Source of the DNA: an uncultured Gemmatimonadaceae bacterium
GTDB lineage: Bacteria; Gemmatimonadota; Gemmatimonadetes; Gemmatimonadales; Gemmatimonadaceae
NCBI GenBank assembly: GCA_963829055.1
Contig: CAWHHI010000004.1
Span: 672,001-736,000 of the forward strand
Length of the DNA: 64,000 nt
Direction: 5' to 3'
This document shows, piece by piece, positions 22,160-32,875 of the stretch. The notes under the pieces are model-generated. The model saw only the letters and a list, made by a program, of their open reading frames with translations. It was not told where the DNA came from and searched no databases. Position 1 is the first letter of the stretch, and every line of letters begins with the position of its first letter. The position numbers were made by a program, and so were the translations under genes.

Positions 22160-23698
22160 ATGTCGTCTTCGGCCGCGGTACTAGGTGACTCGGGGCGCTC
22201 ACTCGCCGCAGCGGATGGGGAAGCCGCGCGAGATCCGCTGTCCATCTCCGCCGAGGTCAAGTCGAGCCTCAGCCTTCTGATCGTGGACGACGACAGGACG
22301 TTGCGCGAAGGCTGCGCCAGCGTGCTGCAGATGGATGGGTTCAACGTCACGACACTCGGTCGGGGTGACGAAGCGCTCGAGTTGGTCCGGCGTCGGAAGT
22401 TCGACATCGTGCTGGTCGATCTCTATATGACCCCTGTCTCGGGCATGGAGATCCTGCGGGCGACGTTGTCGGCGCACAAGGAAACGATCGTCGTCGTCAT
22501 GACCGGCAATCCGAGTGTGACGACCAGTATCGAGGCGTTGCGGGCAGGCGCGTGGGACTACCTGCCCAAGCCGTTCTCAGCGACCCACCTCCAGGTGCTG
22601 ATCGGCCGTGCCTCACACGCGGTCATGGTCGCGCGCGAGACGCGCGACCTGCGTATCCAACTGCTCAAGCAGAACGGGAACAGCGACAAGCTGACTCTGC
22701 TTGGCGTGTCGCCCGCATTCAGGAAGGCGGTCGATCTCGCGCGGCGGGTTGCGAGCACGGATGCGTCCGTGATGATCATGGGCGAGAGCGGAACCGGTAA
22801 GGAAGTCATCGCCCAGTTCATCCATCAGCACAGCCGCCGCGCGAGCCGACAGGTCGTGCCGATCAACTGCGCAGCGCTTCCGGAAGGGCTGCTCGAGAGT
22901 GAGCTCTTCGGGCATCGAAAGGGCGCTTTCACGGGCGCAGACCGCGATAAGCCCGGCCTGCTCGAGATCGCGAACGGGGGCACGTTGTTTCTGGATGAGC
23001 TGACTGAGATGTCTCTCCCCATCCAGGCCAAGCTGTTACGCGTGCTCCAGGATGGTGTCGTACGACGAGTTGGGAGCGAGCAGCAGGACGCCGTCGTCGA
23101 CGTGCGCTTCATCTCTGCGACGAACCGCGATCCCGCCGAGTGCGTGGCCAAGGGTACGCTGCGCGAGGATCTGCTGTACCGGCTTCGCGTCGTCCCGATC
23201 AAGCTGCCGCCGCTGCGCAAGCGCCTCGAGGATATCCCGCTGCTGGCGAATCACTTCCTGACGCACTTCTGGGAGCGCCATCGCCAGCCCGGCGAGCCTG
23301 CCCCGCGCCTCACGGAGGCGGCGATCGAGTTCCTCCGGTCGCGCCCATGGCGGGGCAACGTGCGTGAATTGCAGAACGTGGTGGAGCAGCTTGCTGTGTT
23401 GGCTGAGCCCGGCCAAGGTGTTCAGCCTGATGATGTGCCCCAGTACGACGACGCGACCGTCGCGCCCGCGACCGCGACGGGGTTGCCCGTGAGCATCATG
23501 ACTGAGAGCTTCCACCTGGCCAAGGAGAAGCTCGTGGCGCATTTCGAGAAGGAATATCTGACGCAGCTCATCGCGCGGGCCGGGTCGAACATGTCGAAGG
23601 CAGCACGGCTCGCGAGCATTGATCGAACGACGCTCTACCGCCTCATGGAGAAGCACGGTTTTCGTCGCGACGAATTTGGTGGCACTGTCGACGAGTGA
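22160..23698 (+). CDS. Sigma-54-dependent response regulator (NtrC family)
   Basis: REC domain, [36 protein letters not shown] and a Fis-type HTH. Confidence 0.95.
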   Translation: MSSSAAVLGDSGRSLAAADGEAARDPLSISAEVKSSLSLLIVDDDRTLREGCASVLQMDGFNVTTLGRGDEALELVRRRKFDIVLVDLYMTPVSGMEILRATLSAHKETIVVVMTGNPSVTTSIEALRAGAWDYLPKPFSATHLQVLIGRASHAVMVARETRDLRIQLLKQNGNSDKLTLLGVSPAFRKAVDLARRVASTDASVMIMGESGTGKEVIAQFIHQHSRRASRQVVPINCAALPEGLLESELFGHRKGAFTGADRDKPGLLEIANGGTLFLDELTEMSLPIQAKLLRVLQDGVVRRVGSEQQDAVVDVRFISATNRDPAECVAKGTLREDLLYRLRVVPIKLPPLRKRLEDIPLLANHFLTHFWERHRQPGEPAPRLTEAAIEFLRSRPWRGNVRELQNVVEQLAVLAEPGQGVQPDDVPQYDDATVAPATATGLPVSIMTESFHLAKEKLVAHFEKEYLTQLIARAGSNMSKAARLASIDRTTLYRLMEKHGFRRDEFGGTVDE

Positions 23699-24859
23699 GC
23701 CCCAGATCCGATCAGGGACGAGTGTCGCCGCAGCGCACGCAGAAGTCCGCCTCTCGCGCGAGCGCCGTCATCGACCAGGTCGACAGCGAATCTGACGTGT
23801 TCGCGACGAGCCCGGTATGGCGCGCCGTCACGGCGGCGGCTCAGGACGTCTGTGCCGAGTGGCCGCACACGGAGCATGGGGCGACCTCACCGGCCGACGT
23901 CCGTGTCACCGTCAGCGCACTGACCGAGAGCGTTAGGCAGGCGTGCGTCGGCGACTCCATCACGTTCGGATCGTTGCCGCCGTTCGTGCCGGTGCGGAGG
24001 GCGCTCGAGCTGCTGCGGCGTGCCTTTCTCGAGCGTGCCGGCTCCCCCGACGTCGCTTCTGCGGAGCCTGGTAGCGTGCTGGAGGTCGTCAAGGCAATGG
24101 AGCGCGTGCAGGACGCGCTCGATGACGACGCCGCGCACCGTTTCGCGGCCCGACTCTCAGGCGAGGATGCGCAGCAGCTCGTCGTGGAGATGGCGCATGA
24201 CATGCGCTCGCCGCTCGGCTCGATCCTCATTCTCGCCGAGCGTCTTCGCTACGGGTCGGGTGGAACGCTGACGCCCATTCAGGAGCGGCAGCTCGGGCTC
24301 GTGTACTCGGCTGCGTTCGGGCTGAGCGCGTTGGCCGGCGATGTGATCGAGCTGGCGCGTGGCGGAACGACGCTCATGGACCAGCCGCCAATGCCGTTCC
24401 TGGTTTCGGACGTGCTGCAGTCGATCATGGACATCCTCAGGCCAATGGCCGAGGAGAAGCGCCTCGTGGTGCGTTGTGTAGGACCTGAGGCGGATCTGCG
24501 CGTCGGATACCAGGCGGCGTTGAATCGGGTACTGCTCAACCTCGCTACCAACGCGATCAAGTTTACGAATGTCGGCTCGGTGGACGTGACGTGTCGCCAG
24601 CTCGACCGGAGCCGCGTCGAGTTTTCCGTGAAGGACACGGGCCGCGGGATTCCGACGCACGTGATGTCCAACCTCTTCGAGGCGTTTCGCCAGCGGCAGG
24701 TCACGGGCGACTACGCGTTCTCGAGCGCGGGGCTCGGCCTCTCGATCTGCAAGAAGCTCATCACCGCCATGGGTGGCGAGCTCGGAGTGGACACGGAGCT
24801 GGAGAAAGGGCACGCGATTCCACTTCGTGCTCGATTTGCCGCAAGGATCGAGATTGTAG
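23695..24859 (+). CDS. Soluble sensor histidine kinase; frameshift near 24810
   Basis: H-box AHDMRSPL, N-box NLATNAIKFT, DTGRGI and GLGLSIC. Corrected end GTRFHFVLDLPQGSRL* at TAG 24857-24859. No TM segments seen. Confidence 0.85.
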
Positions 24860-24986
24860 GGAACGGGGAACCGGGAACGGGGAACCGAGGCTGGACGTTC
24901 GCTGCTACGTGGCTGCAGTTTGGCTGTGCGAGGTCGGCTTCGCGTCGAAGCGGAGTCTCCCGGTTCCCAGTTCCCCGATCCCGGTT
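24859..24986. repeat. Inverted heptamer-repeat element (GGGAACC-type arms)
   Basis: GGGAACGGGGAACCGGGAACGGGGAACC ... CCCGGTTCCCAGTTCCCCGATCCCGGTT. Confidence 0.6.
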
Positions 24987-24994
24987 GCCCGCTC

Positions 24995-26290
24995 ATGTCC
25001 CATCGTCGCGACTTCATCGCCACACTCGCCCGCGCAGGGCTGGCAGTCCCGGTCTTTCGTTCCACCGCGCTGGGCTCTGTACTCCGTGCGGAAGTCGTTG
25101 CCGGTGGGCGCGCAGCGGCGCCGCTGGCGGAGGACGAGAGCTACTGGGGCGAGATCCAGCGCGCATTCGACGCGGACAGAACGCTCATCAACCTCAACAA
25201 CGGCGGCGTCAGCCCTACGCCGTCACACGTGCTCGAGGCAATGATCCGCGACCTTCGCTTCTCGAACGAAGTGCCGGTCGAACACATGTGGGGCGTGCTC
25301 GAGCCGCGGATCGAGAGCGTTAGGCGGGAGCTGGCCAAGGAGTTTGGCTGCGACCCGGAGGAAATGGCGATCACGCGCAATGCCTCTGAGTCGAACGAGA
25401 CGATGATCTTCGGCCTCGATCTCAAACGAGGCGACGAAGTCATCGTCACGACGCAGAACTACGGCCGCATGATCACGTCGTGGGATCAGCGTGCGCGCCG
25501 TGAAGGCATCGTGGTGAAACAGATCAAGTTCACCGTGCCGCCACCATCGGACGACTACATCGTCGACCGATTCCGCGAGGCGATCACGCCGCGCACGCGC
25601 GTCATCGAGATCACGCACATCACGAATCTCACGGGGCAGATCCTCCCTGTGGCGAAGGTGGTGGCGATGGCGAGAGCGAAGGGCGTCGAGGTGTTCGTGG
25701 ACGGGGCCCATGCCTTCGCTCACTTCCCATTCACGCGCGACGAGCTCGGATGTGACTACTACGGCACGAGTCTCCACAAGTGGTTGTTGGCGCCGATCGG
25801 AACCGGATTTCTGTACGTTCGCAAGTCGAAGCAGAAGTCGCTCTGGCCGCTCATGGCGGCACCGGCGAGCATGGATGAGAACGTACGGAAGTACGAGGAG
25901 ATCGGCACGCATCCGGCCGCGAACCACAACGCAATCGCCGCGGCCCTAGCGTTCCATCGCGCTATTGGTGGAGAGCGGAAAGTCGCGCGGCTTCGCTACC
26001 TTCGCGACCGGTGGGCCAAGCGACTCATGGCGGAGAGCTCGCGTGTACGCGTGCTCACGCCATTGGACGGGAAGCAGGCTGGAGGTATCGCACTCTTCAA
26101 CGTCGACGGCATCGACAGCGCGAAGCTGCAGGGCTGGCTGTGGACGAAGCACCGAATCATCACGACGCCGATCATCCACGCGGAGTTCAACGGGCTCCGC
26201 GTCACACCTAACGTCTACACCACGCTCGACGAGGTCGACCGGTTCGGCGAAACGGTGCTCGAGGCGGTCGCGCGTGGTGTGAACGCCTAA
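24995..26290 (+). CDS. Aminotransferase class V PLP enzyme (isopenicillin-N-epimerase-like) with Tat signal
   Basis: MSHRRDFIATLA twin-Arg signal, NLNNGGVSP, VDGAHAF and SLHKWLLAP (PLP Lys). Confidence 0.88.
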   Translation: MSHRRDFIATLARAGLAVPVFRSTALGSVLRAEVVAGGRAAAPLAEDESYWGEIQRAFDADRTLINLNNGGVSPTPSHVLEAMIRDLRFSNEVPVEHMWGVLEPRIESVRRELAKEFGCDPEEMAITRNASESNETMIFGLDLKRGDEVIVTTQNYGRMITSWDQRARREGIVVKQIKFTVPPPSDDYIVDRFREAITPRTRVIEITHITNLTGQILPVAKVVAMARAKGVEVFVDGAHAFAHFPFTRDELGCDYYGTSLHKWLLAPIGTGFLYVRKSKQKSLWPLMAAPASMDENVRKYEEIGTHPAANHNAIAAALAFHRAIGGERKVARLRYLRDRWAKRLMAESSRVRVLTPLDGKQAGGIALFNVDGIDSAKLQGWLWTKHRIITTPIIHAEFNGLRVTPNVYTTLDEVDRFGETVLEAVARGVNA

Positions 26291-26930
26291 CGTTCGGCAA
26301 GCGCCGGCGTCCGGGGCATATGTGTGCCGTCCTGTTCGCTGGCGATGTTCACCGTGCCCCCACCACTCAGTTTCGCGGCGTAGAGCGCCGCATCAGCGCG
26401 CTGCAACCACGAGATCGCGGAGCCGCCACGCGCGAGCTCGGCGACGCCAACGGACAGGTTCAGGGAGAGCGTTGCCGCGCGTTCTGGAAGGCGCGCCTCG
26501 CGCACGACGCGACCCGGTCTCCAAGCGTCGCTGCCTTGACGCTCGGCGTTTCCGTCAGCAGCACCGCGAACTCGTCGCCGCCGTAGCGACACACCAGATC
26601 ACCGCGACGCAGGAAGACGCGAGCGAGGCAGTCGCCGACCGTCCGCAGCGCGGCGTCGCCGATGTCGTGGCCGAACGTGTCATTGGCGACCTTGAACTTG
26701 TCCATGTCGAGCATGGTCACGTGCCGCATCCAGTCCCTGACTTTCGCCTTCGACGCTTCGGCATCCAGCGTCTCAGTATCGAGTGCAAACCGCGCGCACG
26801 TCTGCAGCACGTTGCCCAAGGCGTCGAGGACGATGGACGCGTCACTGGATGCAGGCGTCGACGGTGGGGGCGCGTGCGCAACTATCGACGCGCGGGCTAC
26901 GGGCTTGGCTGGCTTGCCTGTGAAAAACAT
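26287..26930 (-). CDS. Diguanylate cyclase (GGDEF); frameshift near 26510
   Basis: [20 protein letters not shown] and RYGGDEF; C-part SVGVAEL...[10 protein letters not shown] is in ORF 26287-26592. Confidence 0.8.
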
Positions 26931-26997
26931 AGCCGAGGTGATGGGTTGACCCTCAGTGTCGACACAGCCCTCGCGAAACTAGAGGATTCCAATCGAC

Positions 26998-27816
26998 TCA
27001 AACTTTGGTCACAAGCCACAGCGAGCTCGCGAGCCCGATCACAATGATCGCCTGACGAATGCGCTCTTGAGAGACGCGTTGCGCGACACGTGATCCACCA
27101 TAGCCGCCTGCTGTGGCGCCGATGGCCATCGCGCCGGCGACAGGCCAGCTGACAAGCCCGCTGAACGCGAACGTTCCGGCAGCCATCGCGTTCGCGCACA
27201 GCCCACCCCAGTTCTTGAGCCCATTCATGCGGTGGATGTTCCGAAAACCCATGAACCCCAGGGCCGCGAGCATCAGGATGCCGATGCCGGCGCCGAAGTA
27301 TCCGCCGTAGACGGCCACACCGAACTGATAGGCCAGCACTTTCGCGTCGGGTCGCACGGCTCGATCGGCCTCGTGGTCGTCCGCAATTGCGGACCGTGCT
27401 GGAGTCTCGCTGCGACGCACCAGGCGATCCGCCAACGGCTTCTGAACCATGAACAGCACCGTGGCGCCGAGGACAAGCCACGGGACGATCGCATCGAAGC
27501 GAGCGGGTGGGGTGTGGATCAGCAGGACCGCACCGAGCAATCCACCGAGCAGGCTTGGGATCGCGAATCGCGTGACCCACGATCGCATCCCGACGAGGAG
27601 GTCACGGTATCCCCACATGCTGGCAACCGCGCCAGGCCAGAGCGCAACGGTACTGGTCGCGTTCGCGATGACGGCCGGGATCCCCAGACCGATCAGCGCC
27701 GGGAACGTCAGGAGCGTGCCCCCGCCAGCGATGGAATTGACCGCTCCACCAACGACCGAGGCGACAAGGATGAGCGCGAGTCGCAGTGGGTCGATGTGCA
27801 CAGAAGCGGGCGCCAT
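26998..27816 (-). CDS. Sulfite exporter TauE/SafE family membrane protein
   Basis: GAVNSIAGGGTLLTFP, ANATS and YGGYFGAGIG; multiple TMs. Confidence 0.9.
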   Translation of the reverse strand: MAPASVHIDPLRLALILVASVVGGAVNSIAGGGTLLTFPALIGLGIPAVIANATSTVALWPGAVASMWGYRDLLVGMRSWVTRFAIPSLLGGLLGAVLLIHTPPARFDAIVPWLVLGATVLFMVQKPLADRLVRRSETPARSAIADDHEADRAVRPDAKVLAYQFGVAVYGGYFGAGIGILMLAALGFMGFRNIHRMNGLKNWGGLCANAMAAGTFAFSGLVSWPVAGAMAIGATAGGYGGSRVAQRVSQERIRQAIIVIGLASSLWLVTKV

Positions 27817-27977
27817 GGCGGCGGAAGAAAGCGACGCGAGCCAGGCGCGGCAATCCCTGATCCGCGTGGGTCAACTCACGTCGCGAGTTGCAGATCGGTA
27901 ATGCCGTTCCGGGAAGCGGCTCGCTACTTTTCAGCGCACGTGAACCGAGCCTCGAGATCGATCAGGGAGAACGCGGC

Positions 27978-29321
27978 ATGACGAAGACGGATACGGTTGG
28001 TGCTCCTGCGGCTACCGACGCGCTGGAGATTCGCGATACGCGAACGGGGAAGTCATACACGGCACCGATTGCCGACGGCGCGATTCGCGCCAATGACCTC
28101 CGACAGATCAAAGTCGATGCCGATGACTTCGGCCTGATGAGCTACGACCCGGCGTTCATGAACACGGCGTCGTGTCGGAGCGCCATCACGTTCATCGACG
28201 GCGACAAGGGTATCCTCCGCTATCGAGGCTACCCAATTGAGCAGCTAGCCGAGAAGGCCAGCTATCTCGAGGTCGCGTGGCTGCTCCGGAATGGCGAGTT
28301 GCCTAACCAGGAGCAGTACGACCAGTGGGTGCACGACATCACGTTCCACACGTATGTCCACGAGAACATCAAGCGCTTTCTCGAGGGGTTCCGCTACGAC
28401 GCGCACCCGATGTCGATGTTGTGCAGCAGCATCGCGGCGCTCTCGTCGTTCTATCCGGAAGCGAAGAACATCTTCGACCCCGATCAGCGCTACATCTCGA
28501 TCATTCGTCTGCTCGCAAAGCTCCCGACGTTGGCGGCGTTCATCTACCGACACAACAAGGGGCTGCCGTTCATCTATCCGGACAACGATCTCTCGTACTC
28601 GGAGAACTTCCTCTCCATGATCGCTCGCATGAGCGAACCGAAGTACGAAGCGAGTCCGGTGTTCGCGAAGGCGATCGAGATCCTGTTCATCCTGCACGCC
28701 GATCACGAGCAGAATTGCTCGACGAATGCCGTGCGTGCCGTCGGTTCGTCGCATGTCGATCCGTTCTCGGCGGTCGCGGCGGGTGTTGCGGCGCTGTATG
28801 GACCGCTGCATGGCGGCGCGAACGAAGCGGTGCTGCGAATGATTCAGGAGATCGGCTCGGTCAAGAACGTGCCGGCGTTCATAGACGAGGTGAAGGGAGG
28901 GAAGGGCGGCCGGTTGATGGGCTTCGGCCACCGGGTGTACAAGAGCTATGACCCGCGCGCCAAGATCGTGAAGCAACTCGCGAACGAGGTGTTCGAGTCG
29001 GTCGGGATGGATCGCGACCTCGAGATCGCGCTCGAGCTCGAGCGGATCGCGCTGAGCGACGACTACTTCGTGTCGCGCAAGCTCTACCCGAACGTCGACT
29101 TCTACACTGGGCTCATCTACCGGGCCATGAAGTTTCCCACTGACTTCTTCACCGTGCTGTTCGCGGTGGCACGAACGTCGGGCTGGCTCGCGCAGTGGGA
29201 AGAGATGCTGCTCGACAAGGAGCAGAAGATCGCCCGCCCGCGTCAGATCTACACGGGCTACGACGAGCGCGAGTATCGGCCGTCGGTGGACTTCCGCAAG
29301 AAATCCGGAAAGCGTGCGTGA
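27978..29321 (+). CDS. gltA: Citrate synthase
   Basis: IDGDKGILRYRGY, LHADHEQNCST, GPLHGGANE, GFGHRVYK and YPNVDFY. Confidence 0.96.
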   Translation: MTKTDTVGAPAATDALEIRDTRTGKSYTAPIADGAIRANDLRQIKVDADDFGLMSYDPAFMNTASCRSAITFIDGDKGILRYRGYPIEQLAEKASYLEVAWLLRNGELPNQEQYDQWVHDITFHTYVHENIKRFLEGFRYDAHPMSMLCSSIAALSSFYPEAKNIFDPDQRYISIIRLLAKLPTLAAFIYRHNKGLPFIYPDNDLSYSENFLSMIARMSEPKYEASPVFAKAIEILFILHADHEQNCSTNAVRAVGSSHVDPFSAVAAGVAALYGPLHGGANEAVLRMIQEIGSVKNVPAFIDEVKGGKGGRLMGFGHRVYKSYDPRAKIVKQLANEVFESVGMDRDLEIALELERIALSDDYFVSRKLYPNVDFYTGLIYRAMKFPTDFFTVLFAVARTSGWLAQWEEMLLDKEQKIARPRQIYTGYDEREYRPSVDFRKKSGKRA

Positions 29322-29956
29322 GCGGGGCTGCTACGTCGGAGTGGGCCGACTTCATCCTCGATGAGTTCAGTTTTTCCGCGTTCCCGCCCGGCTCGCGCGT
29401 GCTCGACGTGGGGTGTGGCAGTGGCGATCAACTCAGGATGCTCCGAGAGGCGGGGCTCGACGCAATAGGCGTCGAGCCCCGTCGCGAGTTGGTCGACTCG
29501 CTCGTCGCCGAGGGATACGACGTTAGGCAGGGCGTAGCCGAGCAGTTGCCATTCGACGACGCGTCCTGCGACGGGCTCATATGCAAGGTGGTCGTGCCGT
29601 ACACGGACGAGCGCAAAGCTGTCGCCGAATGGGCGAGAGTGCTCCGTCCGGGGTCAGTCGCCCGCGTCAGCTATCACGGCGCTGGATACTACGTTCGTTA
29701 TGTGGTCGACGGGCCGGGCGCCTTGCTTCGCATCTACGGCCTGCGCGCGCTCGTGAACACCTGGTGGTATGCCACCACGGAGCAGCGGTTGCCGGGATTC
29801 ATCGGCGATACCCTCTACCAATCGACGAAGCGGCTCTCAAGGTACTATCGCGAGTTCGGCCTCGCGCTCGAACGGGCAGCGCCGGCGCCGCTCTACCGAG
29901 GCAAGCCGGTGTTCATCTACCACGAGCTTCGGCGATTGCCGACACCCGCGCGTTAG
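29318..29956 (+). CDS. Class I SAM-dependent methyltransferase
   Basis: VLDVGCGSG, AEQLPF and RVLRPG; GTGA overlap with gltA. Confidence 0.8.
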   Translation: MSGAATSEWADFILDEFSFSAFPPGSRVLDVGCGSGDQLRMLREAGLDAIGVEPRRELVDSLVAEGYDVRQGVAEQLPFDDASCDGLICKVVVPYTDERKAVAEWARVLRPGSVARVSYHGAGYYVRYVVDGPGALLRIYGLRALVNTWWYATTEQRLPGFIGDTLYQSTKRLSRYYREFGLALERAAPAPLYRGKPVFIYHELRRLPTPAR

Positions 29957-30713
29957 TTGCCGTCTCACGTTCTGCGTGGGGCTCGTCGGCAGCACGGGTC
30001 GCGCAAAGCCGCGCCACCGGACAGCGGTCGCAGTGCCTAACGCGCGCTGTACAGATGAGCGCGCCGAGCTCCATCAGTGCCTGGTTGTGCACCCATGCGG
30101 TGCGACCAGTTCGCGGCAGCAGCTGTGCGGCGATGGTCCATCCAGCGCGCTGGCCAAGCGTCGATTTCGGATCGATTTCGGGCAGGAACGCGCGATGCAG
30201 CACCCGCGCGACGTTCGTGTCGACCAGCGGGGCGCGTCGCTCGTACGCGAACGAGGCCACTGCACCAGCGGTGTAAGCGCCAATACCTGGAAGCTCTCGT
30301 AGCGCGGTGGGGTCGGCGGGTATGGGAGTGCCGTCTCGCGTGACACGCCGCGCGAGTGCGTGGAGGTTGCGCGCACGGGCGTAGTAGCCGAGACCCTCCC
30401 ACGAGGCCACGACGTGCCGCTGCGGCGCTTCGGCGACGTGCTGCAGCGTGGGGAAGCGGGTGAGGAATCGTTCGTAGTAGTCGATGACCCGAGAGACCTG
30501 CGTCTGCTGCAGCATGAGCTCAGAGACCAGAACGCGATACGGATCGCGTGTGCGGCGCCACGGAAGGTCTCGTCCGTGCTTTCGAAACCACGTGCGAAGT
30601 CGCCGTGAAAACTCACGAAGTCGGGCCGGGTCGAGCTCGGGCTCCACGGGTGAGTGCTGCTTGGCGCGTGAACGCGGTTGTCGTGAAACGCGTTCGCTCA
30701 CCGCGGGACCCAC
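29913..30713 (-). CDS. mutY: A/G-specific adenine glycosylase (MutY-like, lacking the C-terminal NUDIX-like domain)
   Basis: RDLPWRRT.DPY.VLVSELMLQQT, WEGLGYYARARNL, LPGIGAYTA, VDTNV and an Fe-S Cys motif. Confidence 0.85.
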   Translation of the reverse strand: MGPAVSERVSRQPRSRAKQHSPVEPELDPARLREFSRRLRTWFRKHGRDLPWRRTRDPYRVLVSELMLQQTQVSRVIDYYERFLTRFPTLQHVAEAPQRHVVASWEGLGYYARARNLHALARRVTRDGTPIPADPTALRELPGIGAYTAGAVASFAYERRAPLVDTNVARVLHRAFLPEIDPKSTLGQRAGWTIAAQLLPRTGRTAWVHNQALMELGALICTARVRHCDRCPVARLCATRAADEPHAERETATNARVSAIAEARGR

Positions 30714-31336
30714 ACGGGCGAAGCGGAGAAGAGACCGTTACCGGCAAGTTGTACGGCGATCAAGGTCCCCGCGATCACGCTTGCCGCGCCGGATGCCAGC
30801 ACGAGGTATCGCCGCAGTGCGGTGACACGGGTCGCGGCGTAGGCCGCCGGCACCGCGATAGCCGTCGTCACGGCAATCATGCCGACGATCGTTCCGAGTC
30901 CGAACAGCATCAGATAGCCGATCGCCCAGGCAGTGTCGCGAACGGCGGCGAGTACAAGCAGCGCCACGGCAGCCGATCCTGCGAGGCCATGTACCATCCC
31001 CACCACGACCGGGCGCGCCGAGTTCCTTGGCGGCGTCACCTCGGCGCGCGAGAGCAGATTCGCCAGTCCGAGCACGATCAGTACGATGCCGACGGCAAAC
31101 TCGAACGCGAGGCCGAGCCGCGGCGGAATGGCGATGCGGAACACGATGATCGCGCCGCCGACGAGCAGAATGGTGAACGTGTGCCCGACGCCCCACATCG
31201 CGCCGATCATGCCGGCGTTCCGAACCGACCGTTGGCCGGTGGCGATCGCGGTCACGGCGACGACGTGGTCAGGGTCGACCGCGTGTCGAATACCGAGCAG
31301 GAGACCGAACAGGCTGAGCCCGAGGGCGGAGAGCAT
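30698..31336 (-). CDS. High-affinity nickel/cobalt transporter-like membrane protein (NiCoT/UreH-like)
   Basis: LGIRHAVDPDHVVAV, WGVGHT and GMVHGLAGSA. Confidence 0.82.
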   Translation of the reverse strand: MLSALGLSLFGLLLGIRHAVDPDHVVAVTAIATGQRSVRNAGMIGAMWGVGHTFTILLVGGAIIVFRIAIPPRLGLAFEFAVGIVLIVLGLANLLSRAEVTPPRNSARPVVVGMVHGLAGSAAVALLVLAAVRDTAWAIGYLMLFGLGTIVGMIAVTTAIAVPAAYAATRVTALRRYLVLASGAASVIAGTLIAVQLAGNGLFSASPVWVPR

Positions 31337-31404
31337 CGCACAATATACAGCGGACGCTTCTCGCCTCGGGCGGCCCTTCTCGCACGACGATTCGTTGCCG
31401 CTGG

Positions 31405-32589
31405 TCAATACTGCGGAATGTCGGGGTCGACCTCGCGCGCCCATTGCAGAATACCGCCGCTCACGCTCCATACCTGATGGAATCCAGCCTCCTGGAGATC
31501 GCGGACGGCGAGTGCGCTTCGTGTGCCGCCCTTGCAGTAGACGGCAACGGGGGCGTTGGCGTCGATGGTCGCGATCGCCGACTGAATACGATGGAGCGGG
31601 ATGAGTCGCGCGCCGTCGATGTGGCCGATCTCCCATTCGTGTGGCTCGCGGACGTCGAGGAGCTGAATCGCCTCGCCAGCCGCGCGTCGAATGGCGAGCT
31701 CGCGCGGCTCGATCTGTGGCACGGCGTCGAGGCCGGCGCCAATGCCGCCACTCGCGGCACAGAACTGGTCGTAGTCGATCAGCTCCTTGATCTCGCCGGT
31801 GGCGCATGCCGGGCACGTCGGATTGCGGCGCACTGTCACCGAGCGGAACTGCGCATCGAGCGCGTTCACGAGCAGCAAACGACCGACGAGCGGCGTGCCG
31901 ATACCGAGAATGAGCTTGATGGCTTCGGTGGCTTGAACGGTGCCGACGAGCCCCGGCAAGACGCCGAGCACTCCGCCCTCCGCGCAACTCGGGACGAGGC
32001 CCGGCGGTGGCGGCTCCGGGTACAGGCACCGGTAGCACGGGCCGTCCTCTGTCGCGAATACGGAGGCCTGACCGTCGAATCGAAAGATGCTGCCGTAGAC
32101 GTTAGGCTTCCCGAGCAACACGCAGGCGTCGTTCACCAGATACCGCGTTGCGAAGTTGTCGGTGCCGTCGAGCACGAGGTCGTACTCGCGCACGATCGTG
32201 AGGGCGTTCGCCGCGGTGAGTCGCGTGGCGTGCAACTCGAGCTTCACGTTGGGATTCGCGTCGTGCAGCCGATCTCGCGCCGCGTCGAGCTTCGAGCGTC
32301 CGACATCCCCAGTGCCGTACAGGAGCTGACGCTGGAGATTCGTAACCTCGACGATATCGAAGTCGACGAGACCGATGGTTCCGACGCCGGCCGCCGCGAG
32401 GTACAGCGCGGCTGGTGAACCGAGCCCTCCGGCGCCAACGATCAGTACGCGCGCAGCCTTGAGTTTTCGCTGGCCATCGATGGCGACTTCGGGAAGCAGC
32501 AGATGCCGGCCGTAGCGCAGCAACTCCTCGCGCTCGAGTGCGGGCGCGGTGCGGGACCGAATCAGGGGATTGTCGAGTGTCGCAGTCAT
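31405..32589 (-). CDS. moeB: MoeB/MoeZ adenylyltransferase with C-terminal rhodanese domain
   Basis: RYGRHLLL, GAGGLGS, NLQRQ, CYRC, and rhodanese LLDVRE...YCKGGTRS. Confidence 0.92.
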   Translation of the reverse strand: MTATLDNPLIRSRTAPALEREELLRYGRHLLLPEVAIDGQRKLKAARVLIVGAGGLGSPAALYLAAAGVGTIGLVDFDIVEVTNLQRQLLYGTGDVGRSKLDAARDRLHDANPNVKLELHATRLTAANALTIVREYDLVLDGTDNFATRYLVNDACVLLGKPNVYGSIFRFDGQASVFATEDGPCYRCLYPEPPPPGLVPSCAEGGVLGVLPGLVGTVQATEAIKLILGIGTPLVGRLLLVNALDAQFRSVTVRRNPTCPACATGEIKELIDYDQFCAASGGIGAGLDAVPQIEPRELAIRRAAGEAIQLLDVREPHEWEIGHIDGARLIPLHRIQSAIATIDANAPVAVYCKGGTRSALAVRDLQEAGFHQVWSVSGGILQWAREVDPDIPQY

Positions 32590-32591
32590 TC

Positions 32592-32867
32592 TCAGCCTCC
32601 AGCGACGGCAGAAACGATGATGAGCTCATCGCCATCGGTTACCGTCGCCTGGAATCCTCCGCCGAAGCGGATGTCTTCGTCGTTGAGATAGTAGGTGACG
32701 AAGGGATAGGGCTCGCCACGATCATCGACGAGTCGCGGGGATAGTGACGGGAAGCGACGCGTGAGGTCGGCGACGGCTTCTCCGACGGTGGCGCCCGACG
32801 CTTGAAGGGCGCGCTGGCCGTCGGTGAGGCGGGAGAGAACGCTCGGAAGAGAGATCGTCAGAGACAT
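32592..32867 (-). CDS. MoaD/ThiS-family sulfur carrier (CysO-like)
   Basis: 91 aa ubiquitin-like size, YLNDEDIRF and C-terminal AVAGG. Confidence 0.9.
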   Translation of the reverse strand: MSLTISLPSVLSRLTDGQRALQASGATVGEAVADLTRRFPSLSPRLVDDRGEPYPFVTYYLNDEDIRFGGGFQATVTDGDELIIVSAVAGG

Positions 32868-32875
32868 AGAAAGGC

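Noticed and set aside
23695..25323. 542-aa histidine kinase with a long Arg-rich tail overlapping the next gene
   Set aside because: A frameshift near 24810; the corrected frame gives the canonical GTRF.F.L end and a stop at 24859.
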